Positions 1-13,699 of a stretch of 64,000 nucleotides of DNA are shown here, piece by piece. The stretch's first letter is position 1, and the number at the start of each line of letters is the position of its first letter. The translations under genes were made by a program, and so were the position numbers. Below the pieces are notes generated by a model. The model made no database searches, was not told the origin of the DNA, and saw only the letters and a program-made list of their open reading frames with translations. The stretch comes from Raillietiella orientalis. Lineage: Eukaryota. The stretch is taken from NCBI GenBank assembly GCA_036172245.1, contig JAYWIR010000027.1:1736001-1800000 (forward strand). Reading direction: 5' to 3'.

Positions 1-141
1 TATCAATTCCACTTGAAAAAAACAAAGCAAAAAGAAACGGTATGCTTTCGAACACAAGTTTGCGTAATCTGTAACTGAAAACAGTGTATAAATGATGGGA
101 TTCTATCAGAAAGGTGATTCAGGTAACGTTCTATTCTTCAG

Positions 142-3100
142 AATCAAGACCACTATGCTGTATTGGGGCTGAAACATCTTCGATATTTAGCATCCGAGGA
201 TCAAATAAAAAAAATGTGTAATTATTGCTTTCTTTTTCTATTTGCTATTGTTGGCTTCCAACATTTCATAACTTTTGCATTTTAGACCGACTGAAAGTCT
301 TGAAGTACCACCCTGATAAACAGATTTCAATGGAAACATCCCAGATCAACAACTATTTTTCATGTATCAACAAGGCGTATGAAATATTAGGGAATGCCAC
401 CAAACGAATGTCATATGATTCAGTTGATCCATTCTTCAATAATGACGTTCCAGCCTGCAATTTACATTCAAAAATGCATTTTTTTGAGGTATGTTCGTTT
501 TCCTGTATATTTGGTGATTGCTCCAGTACACAGGTGAAAAAAATTTAACAAACTAAGGTTCCTATACTTCTTGAAGGTGAATATTGATATTTTAGTATGT
601 AGTATTGCAATGATCAAATTGGATTCTTGATGATGATGCAGTTAGTGGAAACTGAACAGGGGGTTTATCAGGTGCTACAGCATGTTATATAAAGTACTGT
701 TTTTTGGATGAGAAAGCACTTGCTGATAGTTTATAGGAAATGTTCCAAGCTTTCTGATGCATATACCTAAATTAGATGGACTTTTTTATTGTCTAGGTTT
801 TTCCTTTATCTTATTTTAAAAAAAAAGAGGTTTTTTTTTATAAATATATAAAAGTAAACCAAACAAAATAGTTGGTCAAGAGAAATTTGCTGATGCCTTC
901 TATATTTTTAAATAAACATCTTACTTTTCCAAATTGTATCGTTTTAATTTTTCTCTTTTGACTCGATTATAAATAGCAAACTAGCATGGTTTTGCATGTA
1001 AAGTGCAGCTCCAAAACTGCTGTCGATCCTTATTTAGTATGCATATGTTGGAAATAAGCTTATGTGACTGGTTTCCACAACTGAAACATTCACATTAAAA
1101 ATTCAATGCATAATGTATGTGGTGCACAAGCTATGTACGGCACTTATCGCAAAATTTTAATTTTATTTTATTATTTTGAAAATCATGCAGGCAATGAAGT
1201 TTTATTGAGCAAGGAGCTTTGGACAAAAGAAAAAAATGCATGTTTTGTGCAAAACTGGCACTGAAAGTAGCTTTACTGCATGCATAGCTCCTTGTTTCAA
1301 CATAGATCTAAGTAGCACAACTTGATTTGGGTGAAGGCAAAGTAGGAAAATTACATATAAATTAAGGAAAGGAAAACAGATTTAGATGTTAGAGCAGTCA
1401 GATGTGTAGCAGGTGAAGTAGGCTATCTTTTAGTAGCTCCTTTCTTGACCCATGTTTGGTGAGTCTTGATCAGATATGTATATGCAAATGGTGCTTTCCC
1501 TTATTTTGCAGTGCTAGAAAAAGTTACTAATGGTTATAACCCTCAAATAAGGCCTTCCTGCAGCATGGACTAAAAATTCAGTCCTGCATGCATATTTCCC
1601 ATGTTCTCCTGCTGTTACCCAGAGTTTGAACAGGAAACAACACTGCTGCAAAGGCAAGTCAAGGTCTCTCCCTTCAGAGTATGATTATACATGCTACAAT
1701 GGCAAAGGTTGTTTGGCATCTTGTCTTTCTGATGGCACACATAACTAGCATGGGATTTGCTAGGCTGTCTTGTTCTCACCCATATGTCCAGTTTTAAGCA
1801 TCACTCATGATACCAGTGGGTTTACATGGTGGTTTTAGCACATACCAATGCCAAAGGTAGTAAGAAACTGATCAGAGGGTTTTGGTGTCAGTCACTTGGC
1901 TCTGGGCATCTATTAGCAGTTTATGCATATGTAGCTGTTTCCACGTACACTCTGAAGTCCTGAGTGTGTGTGCAAAATGTCAGCAACCGCATCCATGGGT
2001 TGGGTGGTACTTACAAGCCACCACCACAACCCAATAGTGCTAACTCTAGCCTTGGTGTCTCATGTTCGATCGAGATTTCTATTGATTCATTGAATTTGTA
2101 ACCATCATGATTTGCTTGGTCTTCTGTAAGGTGTCATTGCCAACTAAGACATGAAGTGAAGTCATGAAACGAATGCCCTGATAGAATTGGTTACATCGAA
2201 AGATTTTTATGTAGGTGTTTGCTCCCGTTTTCGAAAGGAATGCAAGGTGGTCCGTAGTGAGTTCCGCCCCTTTGCTGGGCGACGAAAATTCAGACAGAAA
2301 TGCAGTCGAAGAATTCTATGCCTTTTGGTATGCATTCCAGTCCTGGAGAGAATTTTCTTACCTAGATGAAGAGGAGAAAGAAAAGGGTCAACAGTACGTA
2401 TGAGTCCTTATGATTTTCGCTAGTGGGGGGGGTGAGGGGGGCGCCTTCAAAAAGAGGGAGGGGACGCGGAGCCTTTGTTGAGATTATTTTTTTGCTGATT
2501 CCCGGTTACTACTGCGGCGGTCAAATGTTCATATACCAGATGAGGATACCAATTCATGAAATTGATGTCAGTGGGAATCCTCCCGTTATCGATTCAAAAC
2601 ATCGTTTCAATTCTTTTGTGTCACTCGTCTTTGTAGTGTTTCCAAAGACGAAATGGAGTGTTTGGCTGCTCGTAAAGGCAGCAACCTTCTATTTGCGACT
2701 TCTGCATAACATTTCGATTTGCTTGTCCGTGAGTGACCTTTTGAGGCTGGTTTCAGCACGCGATCCAGTCTTCCCTTAGCAACCGTATAAGTGTAATAGT
2801 GCAACACGTGACGCGTGCTGTTGCTGAGAATCTCGTGCCGCGCTTTCTAACATAGGATGTCGGTGAAAGCACTGCCGTTTCCCGTCAAAAGAAGCATCAC
2901 GTGATTACGCGGCTACTTGGTTTCTTCCTAATACGTTCTTACTGTTATCTTCCTGCTGCTTACATCAGGGTTACTGCGTAAGGAACGATCCCTTGTCCTC
3001 TCCTAGCGCCTCCGGATGGAGGCAATAACTGCATTATTACTGCTGCGCCCATGCATGCTGAGGAGGGGGCAGCCTGCAGTTCATACTGGGAATCTGGAAA

Positions 3101-4945
3101 TTAATTCTTTTTCTCGTGGAAAACTATCACTGGAGTCGACCCCTCTTGGTATTCGTCCCTTGACCGGGTGACCTCGCGTTGTTTCCTTCTAGGACGTTGA
3201 ATGCTTCCGCGCGTTGACCAACTGCGTGGTCCAGGCATCGTGCTGGGAGTGTGGTTCCTGGAACCTTCCGCGGGGATTTGGCATGTAGATGGCTCGAAAG
3301 CTGCTGGTGGAACAACCCCAAGGCTTCTAAACGTCTACTCTCAAACGGTTTCTTTTTTACCGCGCCTGAAAGGATTCCCCGTGTCCACCTAGTTCGGGGA
3401 TGATTCAGGAATCTTGTCTACCATCGAGACGCGCGTGCGTCTGACCACCGAGTAAAATACGTGATGTTGCGGTTCGTGTGGGCGCTCTCCTCTCGTATTG
3501 CATGGTTGGCTTCCTCCTTTGAACCAAAGAACCGAGCGATTCAACTCGCGATGCAACCCCGTAGCCGTGAAGAACGCAGGTGGATAGAGAAAAAGAACCG
3601 TGCGGCGAGGGTCCGTCTAAAGAAGGAAGAGATGTCACGCATCCGGAAGCTGGTGGACAACGCTTATGCCTGCGACCCGCGCATTCAGATGTTCAAGTTG
3701 CAGGACAAAGAAGAGAAAGAGATGCAGAAGAAGGAAAAGATGGCAAACATTCAAAAAAAGGAGGCCCAGGAGCAAGAGGTAGCAAGGTTCACCTCGCTTG
3801 CAGTTCCATTTTCTTTTGTTACTGGCAGAAGAAGCAGCAGGCCTTGGAAGCAGAGGAGCACGCCAAGCAGGCCGCACTCATGGCAGAGAAGTTGCTGCAG
3901 GAGAAGCAGAAGAAGGAGAGAAACGCAGTCCGCAACTCCATGAAGAAGGAACGCAAGAACCTGCGGCTGCTGCTCGAGAGTGCCGGATACTTCGCTTCAG
4001 ATGAAGTGGAGAAGGTACAGCACATGGTGGACGTGGAACGGCTGGTGAAAACGTACGAATTGGAAAGGTGAAAAGGACGCGGAGATAATGTCGGTGCGGT
4101 TCGCTTAACGGGTGGTCCGGCTGCTTGCCTTCCCACAGACTGAAAGAGCTGATCGCTCGGCTGCGGTCCACCGAGAACCATGAGGAGCAGCGCGAGATCT
4201 TCATGCGGGAGATGACGAGCTTTCGGCAACAGGAGCATTCCCAGGACGATTCCTTGGACGCTCCCCTCCGTGTGGCGGACACGGGTGTCCAGAGCAACGG
4301 CGTCAGCGCCGCCCAGGCGAGACCCGTAGATCCTTTGCTGCTGAGCAAAGCCTTCAATCTCTTCCCAGCCGGTACGGTCTCAAGGTAAAGGGTCTACGAA
4401 AGTTGGAGGTAAAGGGTGAAATCCACAACAGATGGGAAACCATCACGGAATTCATCAATGAGCACAGCAGCGAGCGCTATAGCGTGAAAGAGATCCTGAC
4501 GCAGGCTCAGCAGCTTAAGGAGATCAGACACACTAGGATGAACAGGCAGAATGAAAACGGCAAGGACGACCCAAGCATGCATAAAAGTAATTTTTGCGAG
4601 CACTCTTTCGTCCCGCCTCCACACACGCACACAGATGACAGCTGCCTTTGTTCTTTACTTTTTCTTCAGAACCATGGACGCTGGAGGAGCAACGCCTTCT
4701 GGAGCACGCGCTTAAGAGGTTTCCCCCTTCGGTGCCGGCCCGCTGGGTGCGAATAGCCGAGTGCCTCCCGCACCGCAGCGTCAACGAGTGCATCCAGCGG
4801 TACAAGGTGAGAAAACGGGAAAGAGGAAGGATATCCTCACACTTGCGGGCGCGTTATTCTGCAGGATCTCGTGGAGATCGTACGGCAGAAGCGGGAAGCG
4901 GCGGCGGCGGCAGCAGCATCTAAGTGCAGCCCAGATCGTGCCTAG
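142..4945 (+). CDS. DNAJC2: DnaJ homolog subfamily C member 2 (zuotin/MPP11); 5'-partial spliced CDS: 142-217, 286-488, 2215-2393, 3565-3778, 3829-4067, 4139-4384, 4432-4586, 4670-4806, 4865-4945
   Basis: Exons join in phase across GT-AG introns. They give a J-domain ([10 protein letters not shown]...VLKYHPDK), the zuotin region ([56 protein letters not shown]) and two SANT/Myb repeats ([29 protein letters not shown]...[22 protein letters not shown]). Stop TAG at 4943-4945. Confidence 0.96.
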
Positions 4946-7900
4946 GCGGGTTGCTCTGCAGGAGCTTCATAATAAACGGGTTGCCGTGGGACATGACCTC
5001 GGCTTGCAATTTCATCTGGAGGTCGCGGAATTCCGCGTCGGGCATGTCCTCCATGGCCGCGCTCCTCAGCTCGTCCACGTACCTCTGCATGATGGACACT
5101 GCTTCCTGAAATCACACAGCATCCTGAGGGTTGGGCGGGATCTTGCACGTAACACACGAACCGTCTCCGAGGAATCGCCTTCGACTCGGTCGCGATTCAA
5201 CAGCCTGCTTTCTCCTCCCACATACCTTCCCAGCTTCTGTGCCATCTCCTTCGCCGACTACAAACGCACCAAAATGGCGAGCGGTAATAGAGCGGGAAAT
5301 CGCCGTTCTTGCTCACCTCGATCACCTCTTTTGGGAACTGCACGAGTTCCGCTATGCTGATGCCGAAACTCTGGTCGCACGTCCCGGGAGTGACCTGATA
5401 CAGCAGGGTCAGCGATCCGTCTGCTGCGAGTGCCTCCACATGAAGGTTGCTGACCGTCTTCAGGTCGTGTGCCAAGGCCGTTAACTCATGAAAGTGGGTC
5501 GCGAAGAGACAGAAAGCCCTGATGTTAACAGCGATGTGCCTGTGGGTGACGGCAAAGTGACCCTCGGACACGAGAGAATAGGAGCGCTCACTCAGCAATG
5601 GCCCACGCCAGCCCGAAGCCGTCGTAGGTCGACGTACCCCGCCCTAGCTCGTCGATTATGATCAGAGATGACGACGTCGCAGACTGCGACAACCACGGAA
5701 GAATTAGCAGAAGATGGGAAAGGAGCTCTTACTTTCAAAATGCTGGCAGTCTCGATCATCTCGGACAGGAAGGTGGACATCCCCTTGATCTGGCAGTCTC
5801 CTGCGCCCACCCGCGCCATAACGGCGTCGACGACGCTTATCTCAGCCGCCTCGCAGGGGACGAAGCATCCCATCTGCGCCATGAGCACGATCAGCCCCAC
5901 CGATCGGATGAACGTGCTCTTGCCGCCCATGTTGGGGCCCGTGATGATGTGGAACGTCTTGTCACCTGAGAGGAGAAAGGGGAAAGTGCATGCACGGGTT
6001 CGGGATGGATCGGTGGACAGGGGCAGACGCACTCTTGTCGAACGCCACATCATTGGGGATGAAACTCATGGCTTCCTGCAACTCCAGGATGGGATGGCGA
6101 CCTTTTCTGATGCGGATAACACCGCCTTCGGAACTGAGGAACTGCGGGCGCACGTACGCGACAGGGGCCTGGGCGGCGACGGTGGCGAAGCTCACCAAGA
6201 CATCCAGGACGGCTATGACGCTGTTCAGATCTTGCATCGGACGGCTATAGCCAGCTGGAATGAAGTTTGTTTGTTTGTGTTTCTCCCCAAAAACGAAAAA
6301 AAAGGTGGGACGGAGAGAGCGGACTGGGGAAAAAGTTTACGACGTTTGAATTTGTAAGACGGGAAAATGAGACCCATTTCGATTTTCGAAAGATCTTCCA
6401 GAGGCATACCAAGCGCACGCACACCCTTTGAGACCACGAGATGCTTCTCGGTTTGGCGCGGGCGGATCACGTGGTCTGGAAAGAGCGGAAACGAACAAAC
6501 GCAGATCTACAGACATTGCCCTGTTGCAGAAAATGACGCTCCTTTGGAGAAAGGAGAGTACAATTGGCTTCTTTTTTCTTCTTCTGCTTCTTCCTTTACC
6601 TTCGTTGAACCCGCGACTCGAGAATGAAGCAAGAGTCATTTTATATACTCATCCTCGCAAACACTTTTGCAAGGGAGACCTCAGGCCCCGGAATGTCATG
6701 GGATAATACCCACGTGAATGGTGAACGCTTCCCTAACGAGTCCGCGTTGGCGAGCTGGCAAGAGTGATCACGAAACTCCGTTCCCAATCCTAAAGCAAGC
6801 CACGGCTAATTCATCCCGCGAATCCCGGTTCATCCAGGCGCTTGCGCTCGTAGACGTCTGACCCTTGCGCAGAGATGCCGCCGTTCTTGCAAGACCGCAA
6901 TGGCAGGAGTACGGCAACGATCGCAAAGAGTGCTGACTTGCGCTGGCTGCTATCTGGCTGAGCAGCACTCGGCGTTGCATCCGAACCCGTTGGCTGATCC
7001 GGCTTGGATGTACAGCACCCCCTCCGCGCCCACTCCTCCCGGTCGGAGACGCAGACTCTGGCAGCGCGGATGACCACCGAGCAACGAAGAGAAAGAAACA
7101 AACAAGGCCGCACTTTTTAGACTCTGCAGCCAAGTAGCACACCGCGGAGCTCGCGCACGCACTGGGACGACGAGAGCGTCACTCTCTGCCACCCCGTCTG
7201 CGATGCTGCGTGGAAACAAGGAACCATGCTTTCAGTGCACGACTTCTTCACCCCCGAAAGTCACTGAAGCAGGTTTCACGTATCGAAAATGCAACAGTAA
7301 CGACGGCAGAAGCGTGCGAGGACGGCGCACGTCGGCTAGCCACCGAAATTCGACGTCGTCAAGACGAAACACCGACTTGAGACTTGACACGTCGTCGGAA
7401 ACCAAGGCAGAGGGAGAAGCAGGAAATAGAGTGGTGGATGGAATGCCGCTCGGATGGATGGAATTACATGCAAGACGACCAATGCGTTCGAGACTCTCAA
7501 CTCAAACAACCATTCAACTCGGAAACAACAACAAGAACCTGCGATTTTCAGCATCTCCTTGATGACGCTAACTTGCTGCTCGTTGTAGCTTTCCTTGAGG
7601 CTCATCCATTCCTCGTTCAGGCTACTCAACCGGTCGTTGCGGAAGCGAACACCGTTCTTATTGGTGTCGACGATCTTGAGGAACTTGTGGCCGCGCAGAC
7701 ACCTCTCTTCCTGGCAACAGTCTTTCGCCCTATGGGCCAACAGGGTTGCAACAAACTTTGCGGGTCACCCGGAAAAAGTATCCCATCTGACTGTTCGATT
7801 CCAGCTTCAAAACTTTCTGTGCCTCCACGCCGAGATCTCCGGCCATCCTGCTCAGCAAGCCCTGTATAGTCTGCTGCAGTTCCGACAGCCGCTCGGATAT

Positions 7901-10900
7901 TTCTTTCATCCCAGAATAGAGATAGTACCTCAATACGGAAGGGTCCTACCCAACAGCGACGAATCGAACTCCGGTTTGATGACGTACTCTCCTTCTTCCG
8001 CAGACTTCAGTTCCATGGTTGTTTCAATCATGTTCTGGAACTTGCTGAAGTCAGCACTGAGATCCTCCATGGGCTCGATGAAATAAGACCGGATCACATG
8101 GTAGTAAGCAGGAGCTTTTCCCAAGAGTGCGACGATCGAGGCAAGCTGACCGATGGCTTTGTAAGCTCTGCAAAAGGGAAAGAAAATTCGGCATGGCGAA
8201 GAAAATAAAACAAGTGATCCGTTCTGCTCTTAAGCCTCGCGTGCTTTCTGCCAAACAACCACTGCATCCAGTCCGAAGATATGAATGACCATTTTGTTGA
8301 CCTTTCGTTTCCCCGAAACTTGGCAGATCGCAAACTACACGAGCGGTTTCGGTACGAGGACAGACAACTCGCCTTCATTTCGTTACGGCTTTGAAGTACC
8401 ATACGAGGGCTCCCCGGCATCCGGCCGTTTCTCGAGAGAACGCCAAATGCGCGCTAACGTTCTCCGATTGTGCGTCATTACAGTCTCACGCGGATGCAAG
8501 AACGTCTCGCATGGAACGTTCGACATTGCCAAATTCCAAAGTGAGGCGACACTTGCGTTGGAAAGCAACAACAGTTCGAGGAGCAACCCTGCGGGCGGAC
8601 ATCTGTCTACATTAATATGAGTCAAGTCCCTCCAAACGAGTAAACCCCTTGCCCCCGCGGGCTTTAATGATTGCTGCCTTTTACAATGAGGGCATTATTG
8701 AGGAGCCATATCGATCGATCACAACGCCAGCTTTCGGGGATGAGGGTCTGGAAGCAAAGCAAGTGAAGGCAGCACCTGTAACAGTCCTGTAAATTTGCCT
8801 GCTGCTTCTGAAATCTCCTGGACAGTCTCTCGAAATCCGGCATCCTTGCGAGAAAGTTCTCCCGAAGAAGCTGCCGCAGCTCAGTGCTATCCAGAAAAGT
8901 CTGCACGATGCAGAGTCTGTCCCCTGGACAAACAAAACCCGAGCATCGCGAGCGAGAAAGACAACAGCGATACTAACCAATTTTATTTACGTCCGTCAGG
9001 GGTTGCTTGATCCACTTTAGAAGCAATCTCTGCCCTTGCGTCGTCTTGCAAACATTCAGCAGTCCAAACAGATTCTTTGTGGATGTGCTGCTTTCTCCGG
9101 TGGAGGGAAGGATGTTCAGGGCTTTCATTGTGGCACTGTCTAGTTTGACATGCTCCTTGAAATCGATGGCGTTCAGTGAAAACTGGTTGAAGTTTGATTC
9201 ATTGGAAGTGAGCTGAAAGCATACTCTCCACAAATGGTGCACGGAGAAAAATCAAATGAAACCTCGAGATATTTAATCAGGGAAGCCAAGCAAAGGCAGC
9301 TAGCTTGAGAAGTGAGCTCAGGAAGAACAGCAGCATTGGTATGCATGCCTTTTTTCCAATGAAGAAGTCTGTTGAGGTCCTGGATCAGTTCTTTGGAGTC
9401 AAAAAGCGCCTTCTTTATTTCAGTAATGCAGACGTGATTTCTCTTTAATATCTAAACACACACACACTAGCATAGATCAGCAGGACGAGCATCACCTCTT
9501 TGATTGTTCCATAAGAGCCATGTGAATCTACTGGTAGCAAACATTCTTTTGGTCCCAGCTGCAAAACAAGGCATTCCAGCAGGCTATAATGCTCGTTATC
9601 TTGGAATTCAGAAACGGAAAAATATCTGGAACTTACATCGGCAAAAGCAATCCCTAAACTCTGATACAAAAGTTATTGAGCTGAATGTCATGAAAATACT
9701 AACATTATGTCCGACATGTTTCAGAAACAATGATATAATCCCTGATGTGGTGGGAGTATCTGTTCCTTTATACAAAACATCTTCCAGTTGTGAAAAATTT
9801 CCAGGTGAAGCCTGATATCAAACTATCATCATGAAACAATCCAAGGAATTACATGCAAAATTTATTTACACAAAAATATCACCTCTGTCAATGACATGTC
9901 ATCTAAACTGATGCACAAAAAAAAAAGAAAAACAAATTGGTGCTTGCAAAAATATGAAATACTAAAATGACTGTTTGATGCTGTTCGAAGACCAAATAAA
10001 GATACAAACAAAATATCTCTGCGCTTTTTCAAAAGTTCGGGAAGCCATAAGGCTTGCATGTTTATGACCAAAAACATTATTCACTAAAACCTACACAATG
10101 ATTTCCAAAATGTGCTGCCAATTTTACAAAATTTAAGTGAAGAAAATGAATACATCTTTAGTAACAAGTATAACGGTGAATACAATAAGCTCATTGATAA
10201 TGATCAAAGGATGATCAGAAGCAAGTTTCCAAATACCTAACGATTGAAGCAAACTAAGAATTTAAAGACAGAACGAAGCTGTCACTGAAGGCAAATATCA
10301 GTCTAAGTGACTGTGAAATTTTCATTGGCAAAAAAGATTGACTCTCTTCACCAAAGCAACTCTACCTCAAGTAATGATGAAAGATAAGCTATCAGGACAA
10401 CATAGTTCCTACAAAAATCCAATGACCAAAAGTTACAATGATGCCAGTGCTTTGCAGAAACTGGATGCACAAACAGAAGAAAATGTTAGTCATCAATCAC
10501 TTTATTCTGAATACAAAATGAAAGCAAATCAGCTTACTGAAGGCATCATGAATTGAAAAGATAGTACAGTAGTCACATAAAGGAGAGGAAAACATTGTTC
10601 CAAAAGGACAGCTAATCTGACAACCTCGTAAAAGCTTTCCTTGATTGTGATAGCTCCAGCAATCAGTAGCTTACAAAAAAAAATTCGAAATCTGCAAGTG
10701 AAATGTCTTCCAGAGAAGACTTCATGCAAGTTATGAAAAAGGTGCACATTAATCTCGTAACAAATACTATGCTGCAATTCAGTCTACATAATACAAACCT
10801 GACAAGCTAAATTCCAGTCTTGATTCCTGTAGCCTTTATAAATTTCAATTTTGTACTGCCGATTTAAAAGAAGATCCCTGATGATATGTTCAAAATTTGA

Positions 10901-13452
10901 TGTATTCAGAATAACATATGGGATTCGGTTGCCACCTATATTTTAGACAAAAAGCACTTAATAAAGTTGTTTGTTAGTTGTTGCTAAGTACATCACATGG
11001 CAGCTCAATCTGTAATGTGGACAACTATTGCCTGATTACAGAACAATTCTAAACTATATTAAACAATGAAACAAATACAAAACTGATAAAATGATCAAAA
11101 TATTATATACTAAAACTAATGGAATCATAAAATTGGAAAGAAATTTACCGGAATCGATGTACTTCAGTATTCCAGTTGTCTTGAAAATTTCTTTGGCAAT
11201 AAATTGGGAGTCAACCCCATACACACTGACATAATCATTTCTGTCAAAAAAACGGAATGTGCTGGCTGGTTTCTATTCATACAGGAAAATAAGATATTCT
11301 TAAATCAGAAGTTTATGCCTTTTAAGATGAATCAGTGCAAACATGTTTTGTAAACTCAAAATACTGTAGAACCAAAAAAATGAACACCCATATGGGAATG
11401 TTTGCGAAATTTGTTCCTTCCCTCGAAATTATAAAAGGCAAAACTGCACTCATTTTCTACCCATAGTATTAATTACTTATACTGGAACTAATTCTCCATA
11501 TTTTATTGCAAGGTCTGATAAAGGAAAGTTAATTTTCCACATTTAATTGAAATCATAATCCCCTTCATCCATAACACGTTAAAAGCAGATCAATTCCTTG
11601 TTTTCTCAGGTTATGGACTGTTTAATCATCTTATACATACTTATTAACTGAAATATGATTTATAATTATCACAAATGTGTCTAAAGGTCCAACAGCATTT
11701 CTTCAATAAGATATGCTTCATTATGTCTGAAGTTTAAAATTTTTAATAACTGCAAACAAAACTTTTTCATTTCTTAATTTTTTTTTGAAGTTTAGTTATT
11801 CAACCAATATCAAAACTGATTTACTGTTAACAATAAATGATTCCAATTGTTCTGAGACATACATCTGAACATGAATATAAACACATCCGAAGTTTACATA
11901 AAAACAGCTAACCTCAGCAATATTCGGCTATATTTTGTTTTCATTCTTAGCAGATTCGCAGATAATAATTATTATGTTTTATTGGATTTAGTAATTATTC
12001 TTGGAATTACAGTAATCACCTTCATATTTTTCTGATCATATTATGGTTTAACAGCCAATAAGTACACATAAATCCATTTGCCCTTGTTGAATCAAATAGT
12101 AACTTGCAAAATGCAAAACCGCATTTGAAAAAATGATACTAATCAACCACCCTGAACTTGTTTTTTTTTTTCCTTTTCCAAAAGTAAATGTCCTGATTTC
12201 AATGGATCTTACTGATCACCAGTTTTTAAAATAGCGATCTGGTTCTCAATTGGAGAATAAATTCAAACTCTAAAACAAGTACCTTAGTTTTTTATGTAAG
12301 TTATTGAAACAGGTTTGTGTGGGAACTGTATTCAAGTGAGAATGGCTTTGCAAATTTGATCCAGGTTCCATCAATGTCAAATAAAGCACTCCAAAAAGGA
12401 TCATACATAATGATAATTTAAGAGAGTAATGTAAAAAAGTAATTCGATGTTACATAAAAATAAATATCTTGTTAATAGGTGATTGCTTTCATTATTTGAT
12501 CTTGTGGTTGACAAGTCTGCACTTACGATCAAACAAACCAAACTGCCACTCTCCCAAAATTTCATCATGAATTCATATCAAATTGTGTTTTTCTGCACAA
12601 AATTTTCTATTATAAACATTACTAATGCCAATTTGTAATGTGCAAAAAATTAAGTTGGTCATTTTTCATGGATGCTGCACTAATTTTATAATAATACAAA
12701 TTAATTTGGGTGCTTAAAACACAGACATCCTTTATATTGAATAAAAAAACACAAAAACAGAATTTCTGTCTTAGGGTATTTATGTATTTTTCTACTACCA
12801 CATATGCAAAAACATTTCAAATGGAGATGCACTGAACGATACCTTTTCAACTTACTGAATATATTTATGAAAACTAAAACTCACTTTGCCGCCAACAACT
12901 TCTGTTGGTCATACAGTAAAAACATGCCACTGCCAATTATACATAATAAATATCAATGTAGTGTAAAATCAAACACATAAACAAAACAAGTTTCATGATA
13001 ATATAACTAAATTTTGAGGGTAAACTGTAAGGCTAATTCCAATAAGTGTAAGTATATTTGTACAGATCCACAAGTGGGTAAAAGATGTATCTCCGACGAA
13101 ACCTCATGGTCTTTCCATGGGGAGGCAATGATGGTTTATCATTGCAACCATGAAAATTCGGTCAACAATCTTTCTGGCTAATAGCAGAAAACTATCCATC
13201 CCCCAATAAGGATTTTACCAATTATAAGAAAGAATACACTTGAACTTAATTAGAACCATTCCAATAAAACGCTGAAATTGATGTTCTGCGTTTACATTCG
13301 GTAAAAAACTCGAAAACTTAACTTACCTCTGGCAGGTTGGCATAGAAAGTTAAAAAACTCGATTCGTGTGAAACACCTAAAATACATAAAGAAATACATA
13401 AAGTATTGTCGCGCATGGGATTCGGGGTTATCTTACTGCTTGGTGTATCCAT
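4920..13452 (-). CDS. MSH2: DNA mismatch repair protein MSH2 (MutS homolog 2), many GT-AG exons; probable ATG at 13452, last exon 5105-4920
   Basis: Exons encode [80 protein letters not shown] (Walker A), ARVGAGD...[53 protein letters not shown] and the C-terminus [15 protein letters not shown]. Stop TAG is the complement of 4920-4922. The tiny first exon is the least certain part. Confidence 0.96.
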
Positions 13453-13699
13453 GCTTGCATAATGAGAAATCAAAAGTTCTCAAGAAAGTATAGCCTTCAA
13501 AACATGCTGCACCTAGGGAATTCAAAGTTCGCTCGAAAGCCTTCACTACAGCTAAGAATTACCAAATGCGTCCTCTTTATTTAAATAATACGATAAAGCA
13601 TCAATCTAGAATGCTGCAATCCTTTTTTTTAGGCTTCAGTATGAAATTTACGACTTGATGTAAGAAAAAGTTAATGCATATTTGAAAAAGATACTTCAA

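Noticed and set aside
4831..4837. ATATCCT U12-like donor motif (also on - near 14125-14131)
   Set aside because: Not at an exon boundary of any supported gene model.
4942..5157. Track ORF suggesting MSH2 stops at 4942, with both stops overlapping in the palindrome CCTAGG
   Set aside because: Wrong frame. Splice phase and the NPFI motif place the MSH2 stop at 4920-4922.
13321..13336. ACTTACCTCTGGCAGG resembling the U1 snRNA 5' end
   Set aside because: It is the reverse complement of the MSH2 exon 2 donor (CTGCCAGAG|gtaagt); no further U1 similarity.
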